From contig OZ244717.1 of assembly GCA_965218975.1 (NCBI GenBank), positions 288,001 to 352,000 on the forward strand: a stretch of DNA of 64,000 bases. The letters run 5' to 3'. Each line of letters opens with the position of its first letter. Positions within the stretch are counted from its first letter, which is position 1. The stretch comes from Candidatus Oxydemutatoraceae bacterium. GTDB taxonomy: Bacteria; Pseudomonadota; Gammaproteobacteria; Poriferisulfidales; Oxydemutatoraceae. Shown here piece by piece: positions 1 to 9,682 of the stretch. The translations under genes were made by a program, and so were the position numbers. The notes beneath the pieces were generated by a model. That model had not been told where the DNA came from, made no database searches, and was given only the letters and a program-made list of their open reading frames with translations.

Positions 1-2014
1 TCGGGTAGTGTGCGGAGTTCGTCAGGGTAAATACCACTCCGGCGGACTGATCGATAATTTCCTCGCAGCCCGTAATTTCATCGTGTGTCAGGAACAGAAT
101 CAGTTGCGCGCTTTCACGTACGGATGTGTGCAGGACCGAGCGCTTCACAAAGCCACTCGTCATGCCGAGCGGTGTGTCAATCACGTTCGGCGCTTCAACC
201 TCGCTCACTTTCGTTAGGGCGAGGATGAATGCGAGCGTCAGCGCGCGGCGAGATGCGCCGTTTAGGTCGCGGTCGGGGTTGAGTGTCCTGTCATTCGGGC
301 CGTAGGCGATGATGTCAAATTCCCGGCTGATCTCAGCGCGCTGGATAATCGCGCCCTGTTTCGGGTCCGCGCCGATCATTTCCAGGAATATGTTGTTCAT
401 TAAATCGCTGACCTTCCGCAATTCCTTGTTGGTGATTCGCTCATACGCGCTTTGCAGCACCTTCCTGACGTCTTGCGTGACTTCAAGTTCGGCCCGAACC
501 CGCGCTCCACTTTTCTGTTTGCGCAAGAGGCGGTCGCGCTCGGTTTCTAACTTTATGCGATCGCGGTGCAGCTCGGTGAGCTGGGTTTTGATGGCCGACT
601 GTTCCGACAGGTAGTGGTCACGCCGGTCATTGAACTGGCGGCGCGCTTTGCGCAGACCCTGGATATCCGTGTTGGGAAGCGAGTCGAGTTGCAATTCCAG
701 CGCACGCAACTTCCGACCTTCTTCGTTGCGCAGGGTTCCGAGATCGTCGCGCCGCTCGGCGACTTTCTTGTAGTCCTCAAGCCATCCACTTGACCCGGCG
801 TCACCGCTGGTCTGTAAGGGCTTCGCGTAGTACAACAGTTCGGCGACGACCTCCTGGATTTCTTCGGGATGCCGGCTGTCGTTGATCAGCTTCTGAATAC
901 GTGCGCGGCGCTTGTCGCCGCCGGGACCGTCGGGTTCCAACGTTTCGCCGCAGATGCAGATTTCCGCTGAGAGACATCCCTCAAGCACCGGGATCGTTAT
1001 GTACGGGATCTTGCCCTGCTCGCGCAGCTCTTCGAGTTTGTCGAATGCCTGACCGAGCATCGGCGCAAGCAGGTCGGTTGCAACGGACCGGCTGCGAAAC
1101 AGTGCTGAGTGTTCCTCGTTCGCCACCTTGACCCGTCTGTCGAGCTGACGGATCATGTTCTTCGCATATTCGAGGTCCTTGCGCAGCTTTTCCTTGTCAC
1201 CTTTCTGGAGGGCCGCGTCAATCTCGCGGTCTCTCTTATTGACGTATTCATCGAACGTCCTGAACTGTTGTTTGGCGTCCGCAAGAGCGTCTTCGGATTT
1301 CTTGCAGTCGTTCTCTAGCGTTTCGAGGCGCGAGGCGGTCTTGTTCAGCTCACTGCCGGACCCGAGTTGCTTTGCTTGCTTATTCACTTCCGCCGCCGAT
1401 TTGCCCACATGCTTGATCGCGTCGTTGATTACTTCGAGTCCCAGAAGAGAACATATCGCCTGTTCCACGCGGTCGCGTTTGGTGGATAGGATAACATCCG
1501 CTTCGATGAAGCTTAGCGCGCGGTCACCATCTGTGAAAAAGACCTCCCTTAGCTGCGGTGGCAGGTTTTCGTTGATGAACGCTTCTGGGGTGCTCATGGG
1601 ACTTGCGCCGGTATCGTTCAGCTGAAGCAGGTCCACGGTCGAGGCGGAACGACGGGCCTGGCTGTCTATATCCTCGAACGCCGAGCGTACGAGGCGATAG
1701 TGCCGGCGGGTTTCGCGCCATTCCTCGCCGACTCGTCGGTGGGTCGTCAGCTCGAATTCAACCACGGCCATGATCGGGACCCGCTTCCCATCGCTCGCGA
1801 CCCAGTCAATGGGATGCAGCCGAAATCCCTCGCCCTTGTCGGGCAGCGCCCCGTCGCCGTAAAGTGCCCATTGAAGGCCGTGCAGGATCGTGGTTTTCCC
1901 GGATTCGTTCGCGGCGCGGATAACGGTTAGTTTTTTGTCGGGGTCGGTGGAGAATTCCAGCTCCAGATCGCGGAGCAGCCGGAAGTTCTTAAATTCGGCG
2001 CGGAGCAGCTTCAT
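1..2014 (-). CDS. DndD/PbeC-like SMC-type (AAA_23) ATPase, 3' end beyond window
   Basis: Not in the ORF track. Hand translation of both ends: from ATG 2014, MKLLRAEFKNFRLLRDLEL...IRAANESGKTT (Walker A)...VFFTDGDR; near the window edge, LNGASRRAL (ABC signature-like) and NVIDTPLG (Walker B). The middle was not fully checked for stops. Start overlaps the upstream stop (ATGA). Confidence 0.8.
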   Translation of the reverse strand, partial: MKLLRAEFKNFRLLRDLELEFSTDPDKKLTVIRAANESGKTTILHGLQWALYGDGALPDKGEGFRLHPIDWVASDGKRVPIMAVVEFELTTHRRVGEEWRETRRHYRLVRSAFEDIDSQARRSASTVDLLQLNDTGASPMSTPEAFINENLPPQLREVFFTDGDRALSFIEADVILSTKRDRVEQAICSLLGLEVINDAIKHVGKSAAEVNKQAKQLGSGSELNKTASRLETLENDCKKSEDALADAKQQFRTFDEYVNKRDREIDAALQKGDKEKLRKDLEYAKNMIRQLDRRVKVANEEHSALFRSRSVATDLLAPMLGQAFDKLEELREQGKIPYITIPVLEGCLSAEICICGETLEPDGPGGDKRRARIQKLINDSRHPEEIQEVVAELLYYAKPLQTSGDAGSSGWLEDYKKVAERRDDLGTLRNEEGRKLRALELQLDSLPNTDIQGLRKARRQFNDRRDHYLSEQSAIKTQLTELHRDRIKLETERDRLLRKQKSGARVRAELEVTQDVRKVLQSAYERITNKELRKVSDLMNNIFLEMIGADPKQGAIIQRAEISREFDIIAYGPNDRTLNPDRDLNGASRRALTLAFILALTKVSEVEAPNVIDTPLGMTSGFVKRSVLHTSVRESAQLILFLTHDEITGCEEIIDQSAGVVFTLTNSAHYP

Positions 2015-2256
2015 GAGTCCGGTTTCTCTGTTCCCGCGTCTTGACCGCGTTGAGACGCGAGGAACCGTGCAGCGGCATTGCACTTGTTGTTTATCTTCTG
2101 TTGTATGTTTGTCGCTGAGATGCGATGCTCTCGTTCATATTCCCGAATATCGTTAATCACTTTGAAGATCTCTTTCCTATAGCCCTCACACCGTTCCTCT
2201 ATCCCGGTGCACTCCTCAAGGATGATCGAGATTATCTTTTTGTCGTTTAGCGGCAT
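2011..2256 (-). CDS. small helical protein, PbeB-like by position (81 aa)
   Basis: ATG 2256 with GGAGG RBS; MPLNDKKIISIILEEC...; lies between the helicase and the SMC ATPase and is coupled to the latter. Confidence 0.6.
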   Translation of the reverse strand: MPLNDKKIISIILEECTGIEERCEGYRKEIFKVINDIREYEREHRISATNIQQKINNKCNAAARFLASQRGQDAGTEKPDS

Positions 2257-2272
2257 TTGTCCTCCCTCTCCT

Positions 2273-4441
2273 TTACAAGTACGCGGCGTCAACCATTCTG
2301 TCAATCGTCGCCAGCGGCCCGTCCGTCCGGCCCGCGTTTTTCGCTAGCCGGGCAAACTCCTGCGCCCGATGCAATTCTGAACGTACAAGGCTACGTGCAT
2401 CAGGGTCAAGCTCCTCTTCCATCTTCGGCGGCAAAGCTAGTAAATCGTGAATAATGCTGTGCGTTTTGCCAATATTACTACAAGTGCGTAAAAGGCGTCC
2501 GCGCCGTTGCACCCATTGCCGTTCGACCGTCGTGCTCGCGAGAATGAACGCCTTGCATATCTGCGGGATATTCACTCCTTCGTCGAGCACGCGCTTTGCC
2601 GTCAGCATCTGAATTTCCCCGTCCTGGAAGGACTTGATGATCCGCTTAGTCTGCTCGCGGTTCGCCGTCTCTTCGGCGGTGAGCTGGTGGAATAAGATAT
2701 TCCGGTCGCGCAGCAACCGATTCACGTCGTCGAGCTGATCCGGTCCCTTGTCGGAGGTGTAAACGAGCGTGTGCCGCAGGTTGCCGGTATCCTCTTTATC
2801 AAGCAGAGTCCTCAGCATCGAAACCTTGCCGGAGGCGGTTTCCAGCAACGCGCGCCGATCCCGCAAAAGCTTGGCGAGGTACTCGTCCGGCTTATCTCCG
2901 TCGCTGCGCCAAGCATTCCGCTTGATTTTGCCCGTCAGCTCGAACCAGTCGTCCATTTCGGTGTCTGTCAGGGACACGGGATGGACGTAGTAATCGTATT
3001 CGACAAGACAGCGGCCGATGGCCTCTTCTAGTGCGAAACGGAAAACAATGGGTCCGAAGAATCCGAATAGCGCTTTTGTCCCTTCCTCGTCATACTGACG
3101 TATCGGTGTGGCCGAGAGACCGAGACGATGTTCAAAGAATTCCGGCGGATTCCTGACAAACGAGGCGCGGCCTAGATTGTGAGCTTCATCAGCAATGAGT
3201 AGGCGGTCGCAATCAAACTTCTCAACTGCGACGAGAAATTCTGGAGTGCACAACGTATCGTGACTGACGACGATGACTTCAACATCCGACAGATTGGTAC
3301 GCAGTCGCCGTTTCAGTTTTTGCAGCTCGCGCGCACGCTTCGCCGCACCGCCAGCTGTCGTGAGATTGACCGGCTTTATCCCGAACGGAACGATTTCATT
3401 GCACCACTGTTCAATCAATGGTACATAGGGCGCGGCGACGACGATGAATAGCGGTCTGCGCTCTTCGTAGAGACGGTGTGCGCTGATCATTGAAGTGATT
3501 GTCTTCCCTGAGCCGGTCGCCATTTCCAGAATGCCTCGATACCGGGTCTCGCACCATGCATTGACTGCCTTTCCCTCGTGTTTGAATGGCCCGTCTTCGT
3601 ATCGAAGCCAGCTTGGTATTACGAATTCCGTCTTCGGGACCGGAACGGGCTCGTACAATGCGGGCTCTTCCGCAATGCCGGTTGCGCGCACGTAGAGAGC
3701 ACGCAGATCATCTTCGGTCGGAGGCGATTCGGAGCCGTAGGTGCGCAAGAGACGCTGTCTGATGGCATCTGGCATCGCGATAACGATACAGTTGTCGTCC
3801 TTGTTTTCCCACAGTCGGCGGAACTCGTAATGAAGCTTATCGGTGATGTAATGTTGATTCGAGTCCTGCCATGACCTTGATATGGTGGTCTGTTCGATGT
3901 TCTTCCGAATGCCTGCAAAGGTTACGTTGCTCGAACCGTGCGCCGCGACGACATCGCTACCGTTCTCGAAGAGCCAAACCTTGGGATGAAAGAGAGCATC
4001 TTTCATCAGGGCGGTCCTGATTTCGATTCGGTGCTTCCGAACCAGCCACGTAAGGCATTTTAGCGTGTAGCGTTGTAGTAGGTCTTCGGTGACGATCAGC
4101 TCTTCTAGAATCTTGTCGGCGACCTCTTCGGCTGACTTCAACCCGTCCTCAATTGCGGCTTTATCCTCGGCACGGAGCAGGGGACTCACAACAAGCCGGA
4201 AACTATTTTGCGACCCTGCGATGTAGGTCGCTAGACCCGGGGCAAGCGAAGCTAGTACTTCGCTTGAAAAGAAACCGGTCATGCAATCTACGCTATCCGC
4301 TGCCCGGAATCCCGGAATCAACACTTCCTCGGCAAATGGGTCTGCCGGCAGCATGTAAAGCGGACGGGCCGACCCCAGCGACCGAAGCGTTTGTGTCACC
4401 ACAGTCGCAGTTTTGTCCTGTATTGCCGTATCATGCACCAC
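2273..4441 (-). CDS. PLD-nuclease/SF2 (DEAH) helicase fusion, PbeA / phosphorothioation-associated restriction type
   Basis: PLD HKD-type motif HPKVWLFE...HGSSN; Walker A ATGSGKT; DEAH; motif III SAT; motif VI QRRGRLLR; GGAGG RBS. Confidence 0.8.
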   Translation of the reverse strand: MVHDTAIQDKTATVVTQTLRSLGSARPLYMLPADPFAEEVLIPGFRAADSVDCMTGFFSSEVLASLAPGLATYIAGSQNSFRLVVSPLLRAEDKAAIEDGLKSAEEVADKILEELIVTEDLLQRYTLKCLTWLVRKHRIEIRTALMKDALFHPKVWLFENGSDVVAAHGSSNVTFAGIRKNIEQTTISRSWQDSNQHYITDKLHYEFRRLWENKDDNCIVIAMPDAIRQRLLRTYGSESPPTEDDLRALYVRATGIAEEPALYEPVPVPKTEFVIPSWLRYEDGPFKHEGKAVNAWCETRYRGILEMATGSGKTITSMISAHRLYEERRPLFIVVAAPYVPLIEQWCNEIVPFGIKPVNLTTAGGAAKRARELQKLKRRLRTNLSDVEVIVVSHDTLCTPEFLVAVEKFDCDRLLIADEAHNLGRASFVRNPPEFFEHRLGLSATPIRQYDEEGTKALFGFFGPIVFRFALEEAIGRCLVEYDYYVHPVSLTDTEMDDWFELTGKIKRNAWRSDGDKPDEYLAKLLRDRRALLETASGKVSMLRTLLDKEDTGNLRHTLVYTSDKGPDQLDDVNRLLRDRNILFHQLTAEETANREQTKRIIKSFQDGEIQMLTAKRVLDEGVNIPQICKAFILASTTVERQWVQRRGRLLRTCSNIGKTHSIIHDLLALPPKMEEELDPDARSLVRSELHRAQEFARLAKNAGRTDGPLATIDRMVDAAYL

Positions 4442-4953
4442 ACGTTCCTCCTGTTTTTCTAGTTGCCTAGAGATTCCGACCCGGGCCGATACAATGGGAA
4501 ATTAACCACGATGCCGTTGCAGTGCCGGTCCAAGAATTTCGCGACAACACGCCAGATCATCGGGTTGCCGACGGTTCGAATCCGGTGGCGAGGTATGTTG
4601 GTTCCTTGCGCACTCCTTCGTTGATGGTCTACAGAGAAGCGAACACCACATCTCTCGGGCTTTGAATACAGCAAGTTCCTTCACTCCTCTTGAAACTTAC
4701 CTTTTCGAGTCGTATCGTGAGTCCAATATGTATCCGGCACTATACATTACATTGTTATCCGGTAGTAGGCAATAAGATGTACATGCCATTAGTACGGAGC
4801 ACAGAAATTAATCGGCGCCCTTATCTACATTGGGATATAAAGCTAGACTCAAAATATATTAGAATGGCAGTTTGTTTGAGAGGTTGATAGTCATAAAATG
4901 TGCAACTCTCGAAAGTTTGTGAAACGATGATTAACACGGAGGAGGTATAAGTA

Positions 4954-6216
4954 ATGGCGAATAAACATCATGATACGCCCATGCTTGACGAACTGGAGAA
5001 TGGCCCTTGGCCAAGTTTTATCTCCGGAATTAAACGGTTGAGAGATGAGCATCCTGATCAACGTGTCAGCGGTGTTGCCGACGATTTACTTGGGCAACTT
5101 GAACACTCCTATGAAACACGTAAAGGTTATTGGAAGGGTGGTACGGTTAGCGTATTTAGGTATGGCAGCGGTATCATTCCGCGGTTTTCGGAAGTAGGTC
5201 ATGCTTTCCCAAAATCCAAAGAATTTCATACTCTGCGTGTACAACCTCCTGCAGGAAATTATTACACAACAGACATGTTGCGTAACCTTGCCGAAAGCTG
5301 GGAGAAATGGGGTTCGGGGCTAGTAACTTTTCATGGTCAGACCGGCAATATTATGTTTATCGGCGCAAATACTGAAAACACCCAACACTTTTTTGATGAA
5401 ATCAATGATTATGGTTGGGACTTGGGCGGTGCGGGCCCTTGTGTGCGGACGGGTCAGTCGTGTGTGGGTTCGGCGCGTTGCGAGCAGTCCAACATTGATG
5501 AAATGAGAATTCATCGCACTTTGCTGAATAACTTTACCGATGATGTGCATCGTCCTTCTCTCCCGTATAAATTCAAGTTCAAAGTTTCAGGTTGCAGCAA
5601 TGATTGTATGAACTCGATTGAGCGTGCCGATTTCTCGATCATCGGAACTTGGTGCGATGATATGAAAGTAGATCAGAACGAGGTAAAAGCTTTCCTTAAG
5701 AAGAAAGGGCATCAGTATATGATTGACAACGTGATTACACGCTGCCCGACAAAAGCTTTGTCGCTGAGCGATGATGACGAACTAAAAGTTGATAACCGAA
5801 ACTGCGTGCGATGTATGCACTGCTTGAACGTTATGCCGAAAGCTTTGTCGCCGGGCGATGATAAGGGTATTACCGTCCTGATCGGAGGAAAGCGCACGCT
5901 TAAAATCGGCGACATGATGGGAACGGTGATTATGCCGTTTATGAAGCTGAAAACAGAGGAAGATTACGAGAAGCTTGTTGAGCTTGCTGAGGAGACGATT
6001 GATTTCTGGGCTGAAAACGGTTTGGAACATGAGCGTTGCGGCGAGATGATCGAACGAATCGGTTTGGTTAACTTCCTAGAGGGTATCGGTGTTGAAGTTG
6101 ATCCGAATATGATTACCGACCCGCGTACCAGTTCCTATGTGCGCACCGACGGCTGGGATGAAGAAGCGATCAAATGGCTACAGCGTAAAGCCGAGAATAA
6201 GCAAGCAGTTGCTTAG
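4954..6216 (+). CDS. dsrA: dissimilatory sulfite reductase alpha subunit (reverse type)
   Basis: TPMLDELENGPWPSF, HSYETRKGYWKGG, siroheme/FeS cysteines, KFKFKVSGC; GGAGG RBS. Confidence 0.97.
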   Translation: MANKHHDTPMLDELENGPWPSFISGIKRLRDEHPDQRVSGVADDLLGQLEHSYETRKGYWKGGTVSVFRYGSGIIPRFSEVGHAFPKSKEFHTLRVQPPAGNYYTTDMLRNLAESWEKWGSGLVTFHGQTGNIMFIGANTENTQHFFDEINDYGWDLGGAGPCVRTGQSCVGSARCEQSNIDEMRIHRTLLNNFTDDVHRPSLPYKFKFKVSGCSNDCMNSIERADFSIIGTWCDDMKVDQNEVKAFLKKKGHQYMIDNVITRCPTKALSLSDDDELKVDNRNCVRCMHCLNVMPKALSPGDDKGITVLIGGKRTLKIGDMMGTVIMPFMKLKTEEDYEKLVELAEETIDFWAENGLEHERCGEMIERIGLVNFLEGIGVEVDPNMITDPRTSSYVRTDGWDEEAIKWLQRKAENKQAVA

Positions 6217-6262
6217 GCGCAATCGCGGTACTACAATCAATAATTCATAAGGATACTTAAGA

Positions 6263-7339
6263 ATGCCAACACAACAACATCGTGAACCTATTGAATCCGG
6301 TTGCCCCGACGGGTTTCAGTACATGCATCCCGTGATGCGTAAGAATTATGGGAACTGGGCATACCATGAAGACCCGCGCCCGGGTGTTTTGCGTCACGTT
6401 TCTAAAGACGGCGATGCGATTTGGACAGTACGTGTCGGTACACAGCGGATTCTTGACGTTTTTACTTTACGCAAGCTATGTGACATCGGCGACAAATATG
6501 CCGAAGGCTATGTACGTTTTACGATTCGCAGCAATATCGAATACATGGTCGCAGACGGCACGAAAGTCGAGCCTTTAATTGTAGCGCTGGAAGCCGAAGG
6601 ATTTGTCGTCGGCGGAACGAAAAACTCGGTAGCGATGATTTCTCATACTCAAGGGTGGTTGCATTGTGATATTCCCGGAACGGATGCTTCGGGTGTGGTA
6701 AAAGCAATGATGGATGAGTTAATCGAAGAATTCAAGGGCTGGAACATGCCGAACCGCGTGCATATAACGACTTCATGCTGCCAGATTAATTGCGGTGGAC
6801 AAGGTGATATCGCAATCAATGTGCAGCACACTAAGCCGCCTAAAATCAATCATGATCTGGTTTCTAACGTTTGTGAGCGCCCGTCGGTGGTCGCGCGCTG
6901 TCCGGTTGCGGCGATTCGTCCGGCAATGGTTAACGGCAAACCCTCGTTAGAGGTGGATGAGAAGAAATGCATTTGTTGCGGTGCTTGTTATCCGCCGTGC
7001 CCCCCGATGCAAATTAACGATCCCGAACATACCAAACTTGCGATCTGGGTCGGCGGGAATCATTCCAATGCACGCGGCAAGCCTACGTTTCAGAAGTTGG
7101 TTGCCGCCGGGATTCCGAATAACCCTCCGCGCTGGCCGGAAGCGACTGCAATTGTTAAAAGTATTTTGCAAGTGTATCGTGAAGATGCCAAAGATTGGGA
7201 ACGGATAAATGATTGGATCGAACGAATTGGTTGGCCGCGTTTCTTTGAATTGACCGAGCTGCCGTTTACTAAATTTCATATTGATAATTGGTTGGGCGCA
7301 CGTCAAAGTCTGAATGCTTCAGCCCACATTCGTTTCTAA
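6263..7339 (+). CDS. dsrB: dissimilatory sulfite reductase beta subunit
   Basis: HTQGWLHCDIP, CCQINCG, CICCGACYPPCP; follows dsrA. Confidence 0.97.
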   Translation: MPTQQHREPIESGCPDGFQYMHPVMRKNYGNWAYHEDPRPGVLRHVSKDGDAIWTVRVGTQRILDVFTLRKLCDIGDKYAEGYVRFTIRSNIEYMVADGTKVEPLIVALEAEGFVVGGTKNSVAMISHTQGWLHCDIPGTDASGVVKAMMDELIEEFKGWNMPNRVHITTSCCQINCGGQGDIAINVQHTKPPKINHDLVSNVCERPSVVARCPVAAIRPAMVNGKPSLEVDEKKCICCGACYPPCPPMQINDPEHTKLAIWVGGNHSNARGKPTFQKLVAAGIPNNPPRWPEATAIVKSILQVYREDAKDWERINDWIERIGWPRFFELTELPFTKFHIDNWLGARQSLNASAHIRF

Positions 7340-7367
7340 AATTAATCGTTAGTTGAAGGAATGAAGT

Positions 7368-7760
7368 ATGAAGTTTGGCGTTTTAGTCAACGAAGGACCT
7401 TATACACACCAAGCTACGGATACCGCCTACCACTTCGTTAAAGCAGCATTGGAAAAAGGACACGAAATATTTCGGGTCTTTTTTTATCACGACGGCGTTA
7501 ATAACGGCACCCGTTTGATGGTGCCGCCTCAAGACGAACGCAATATCACGCAGCTTTGGAGCGAACTTGCTGAGAAGCATCAGCTGGATTTGGTCTTGTG
7601 CGTCGCCGCGGCACAAAGGCGCGGTATGCTGGATGCCGACGAAGCAAAGCGACATGGTAAAGATACGGATAACATCGCCCCCGGGTTTCGCATTTCCGGT
7701 TTGGGGCAGCTGATTGAAGCCGGGATACAATCCGATCGGCTAATCGTGTTCGGAGATTGA
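7368..7760 (+). CDS. dsrE: sulfurtransferase DsrE (TusD family)
   Basis: VFFYHDGV, LCVAAAQRRG active Cys, GFRISGLGQL. Confidence 0.95.
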   Translation: MKFGVLVNEGPYTHQATDTAYHFVKAALEKGHEIFRVFFYHDGVNNGTRLMVPPQDERNITQLWSELAEKHQLDLVLCVAAAQRRGMLDADEAKRHGKDTDNIAPGFRISGLGQLIEAGIQSDRLIVFGD

Positions 7761-7765
7761 CCCGA

Positions 7766-8182
7766 ATGCCCGCAAGCGGCCAAGTCAAGAAGTTCCTATA
7801 CGTAAATCGGAAAGCGCCGTACGGAACAATTTATGCTTTGGAATCGCTTGAAGTTGTACTGACCGGTGCTGCGTTTGAGCAGGACGTTAGCCTTGCCTTT
7901 ATTGATGACGGCGTTTATCAGTTAAAAAAGAATCAAAACACGCAAGGCATCAACATGAAGAATTTTTCACCGACCTATAACGCTTTAGGCGATTACGATG
8001 TCCGTAAGGTGTACGTAGAAAAAGAGTCGCTGGAAATGCGTGGTCTAACCAAAAGTGATTTACTAGACCTAAAATACGAGGATGAAGATGACGATTGGAC
8101 GGAAAAAGACTCTATCCGTATCGTCGATAAAGAAGAGCTCGCCGGCATTATGGATGGTCAGGACGTGGTGTTGAGTTTCTAA
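7766..8182 (+). CDS. dsrF: DsrF (TusC family)
   Basis: RKAPYGTIYALESLE, FIDDGVYQL; ATG 7766 preferred over TTG 7757. Confidence 0.95.
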   Translation: MPASGQVKKFLYVNRKAPYGTIYALESLEVVLTGAAFEQDVSLAFIDDGVYQLKKNQNTQGINMKNFSPTYNALGDYDVRKVYVEKESLEMRGLTKSDLLDLKYEDEDDDWTEKDSIRIVDKEELAGIMDGQDVVLSF

Positions 8183-8183
8183 C

Positions 8184-8492
8184 ATGTCAGTGTTGCACAC
8201 CGTCAATAAGTCCCCTTTTGAGCGCAATACTGCCGCTTCGTGCTTGCGTCTGGCAAAGCTCGGTAGCGCTATTTTGTTTATTGAAGATGGAGTCACTGCC
8301 GCATTAAAAGAGACCAAGTTTGCGCAAAAAATAATTGTTGCCGATAACCGTTTCAAATTTTATGTGCTTGTTTCGGATTTAATAGCGCGTGGTTTTGATG
8401 AAAGCAATATAATAACGGGAGTAACGGCTGTCGATTATGGCGGTTTTGTTGACTTGGTTGCCGAGTATGACAGTGTTCACGCTTGGCTGTAA
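8184..8492 (+). CDS. dsrH: DsrH (TusB family)
   Basis: LHTVNKSPFE, LFIEDGV, VDYGGFVDLV. Confidence 0.95.
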   Translation: MSVLHTVNKSPFERNTAASCLRLAKLGSAILFIEDGVTAALKETKFAQKIIVADNRFKFYVLVSDLIARGFDESNIITGVTAVDYGGFVDLVAEYDSVHAWL

Positions 8493-8536
8493 AGTGAATT
8501 ATTTATTTCTTTAATTTAATATAGGAGAACGAAATC

Positions 8537-8869
8537 ATGGCTCTGGAAGTAGATGGTAAAAGCTATGAGACCGACGAAGAAGGATATCTCGCCAACCTCA
8601 GCGATTGGAGACCTGAGTTGGCTACGGCAATGGCAAAAGCCGATAATGCCGAACTAAGTGAGAATCACTGGAAAGTAATTAACTTTTTGCGCGAGTACTA
8701 TGAAGAATATCAAATCGCGCCGGCAGTTCGTGTTTTAACTAAGGCAATCGGCAAGCGGCTGGGTAAAGATAAAGGGAATAGCAAATACTTGTACGAATTG
8801 TTTCCGTACGGTCCGGCAAAGCAGGCTTGCAAATATGCGGGTCTGCCTAAGCCGACAGGTTGCGTTTAG
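8537..8869 (+). CDS. dsrC: DsrC sulfur carrier
   Basis: C-terminus CKYAGLPKPTGCV retains both conserved cysteines. Confidence 0.96.
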   Translation: MALEVDGKSYETDEEGYLANLSDWRPELATAMAKADNAELSENHWKVINFLREYYEEYQIAPAVRVLTKAIGKRLGKDKGNSKYLYELFPYGPAKQACKYAGLPKPTGCV

Positions 8870-8932
8870 TTATCGATATTCGATTATTACAGTGGTGCTC
8901 TCAGTTTTGAGAGCGGTGAGTTGAGAGGAAGC

Positions 8933-9670
8933 ATGTCGGTTATGACGGTTGTGTACACGGCGCTTTTTTACATTGCGACTGCGGTGTTAGTGTTCGGTAG
9001 CGGGTGGAAAATTTGGTGCTACATGCGTATCCCCGCACCTCTGATAATTCCCACGACACCCGCGCCGACAAGTCGACGAGGAGTTGTTTTTAGAATTTTC
9101 AAAGAAGTGGTTATGTTTGAGAGTTTGTTTAAATCAAACAAATGGATTTGGTTATTCGGTTGGTTGTTTCATTTCGGTTTATTTCTTGTTCTGCTACGTC
9201 ACCTGCGTTATTTTACCGAACCGGTTTGGTTTTGGGTTGAGTGGCTGCAGCCATTCGGCAAGTACGCCTCGTTTATGCTTATAGCCGGTCTTGTCGGATT
9301 GTGGTTGCGTCGTCTGGTTGTAGATCGGGTGAGGTATATTTCTTCTCCCTCCGACCACTTAATGTTGTTATTGCTGTTTGCGATCGGCGTCAGTGGGATG
9401 ATGATGACTTTCGCTTTCAAAGTCGACATCGTTGCGACCAAAGCGTTTTTTGTCGGTTTAATGCGGTTCGACTTGCATCCTTTGCCTACCGACGGATGGA
9501 TGATTTTTCATATTACTTTGGTTGCTTTGCTGATGATGGTGTTTCCGATAAGCAAGCTTTTGCATGCACCGGGGCTGTTTTTTAGCCCGACACATAATCA
9601 AGTTGATAATCCGCGTGAGAAGCGTCATGTTACTGCGTGGGCATTAAAGCTTGAATCAAAGGCAAAATGA
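8933..9670 (+). CDS. dsrM: DsrM membrane b-type cytochrome (NarI-like)
   Basis: Several hydrophobic helices, PTTPAP, FHFG...RHLRYF, SKLLH; operon position. Confidence 0.93.
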   Translation: MSVMTVVYTALFYIATAVLVFGSGWKIWCYMRIPAPLIIPTTPAPTSRRGVVFRIFKEVVMFESLFKSNKWIWLFGWLFHFGLFLVLLRHLRYFTEPVWFWVEWLQPFGKYASFMLIAGLVGLWLRRLVVDRVRYISSPSDHLMLLLLFAIGVSGMMMTFAFKVDIVATKAFFVGLMRFDLHPLPTDGWMIFHITLVALLMMVFPISKLLHAPGLFFSPTHNQVDNPREKRHVTAWALKLESKAK

Positions 9671-9682
9671 TAAGGAGAATTC

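Noticed and set aside
4459-4887. Short ORFs between the helicase and dsrA
   Set aside because: No recognisable motifs or RBS; more likely an island edge plus divergent promoter region.
2273-8869. Functional link between the Pbe-like (phosphorothioate-associated) module and the adjacent DsrEFH/DsrC sulfur relay
   Set aside because: The genes are divergent and differ in composition, no dnd modification genes are visible, and DsrEFHC are fully explained by the rDsr pathway; adjacency alone is not evidence.
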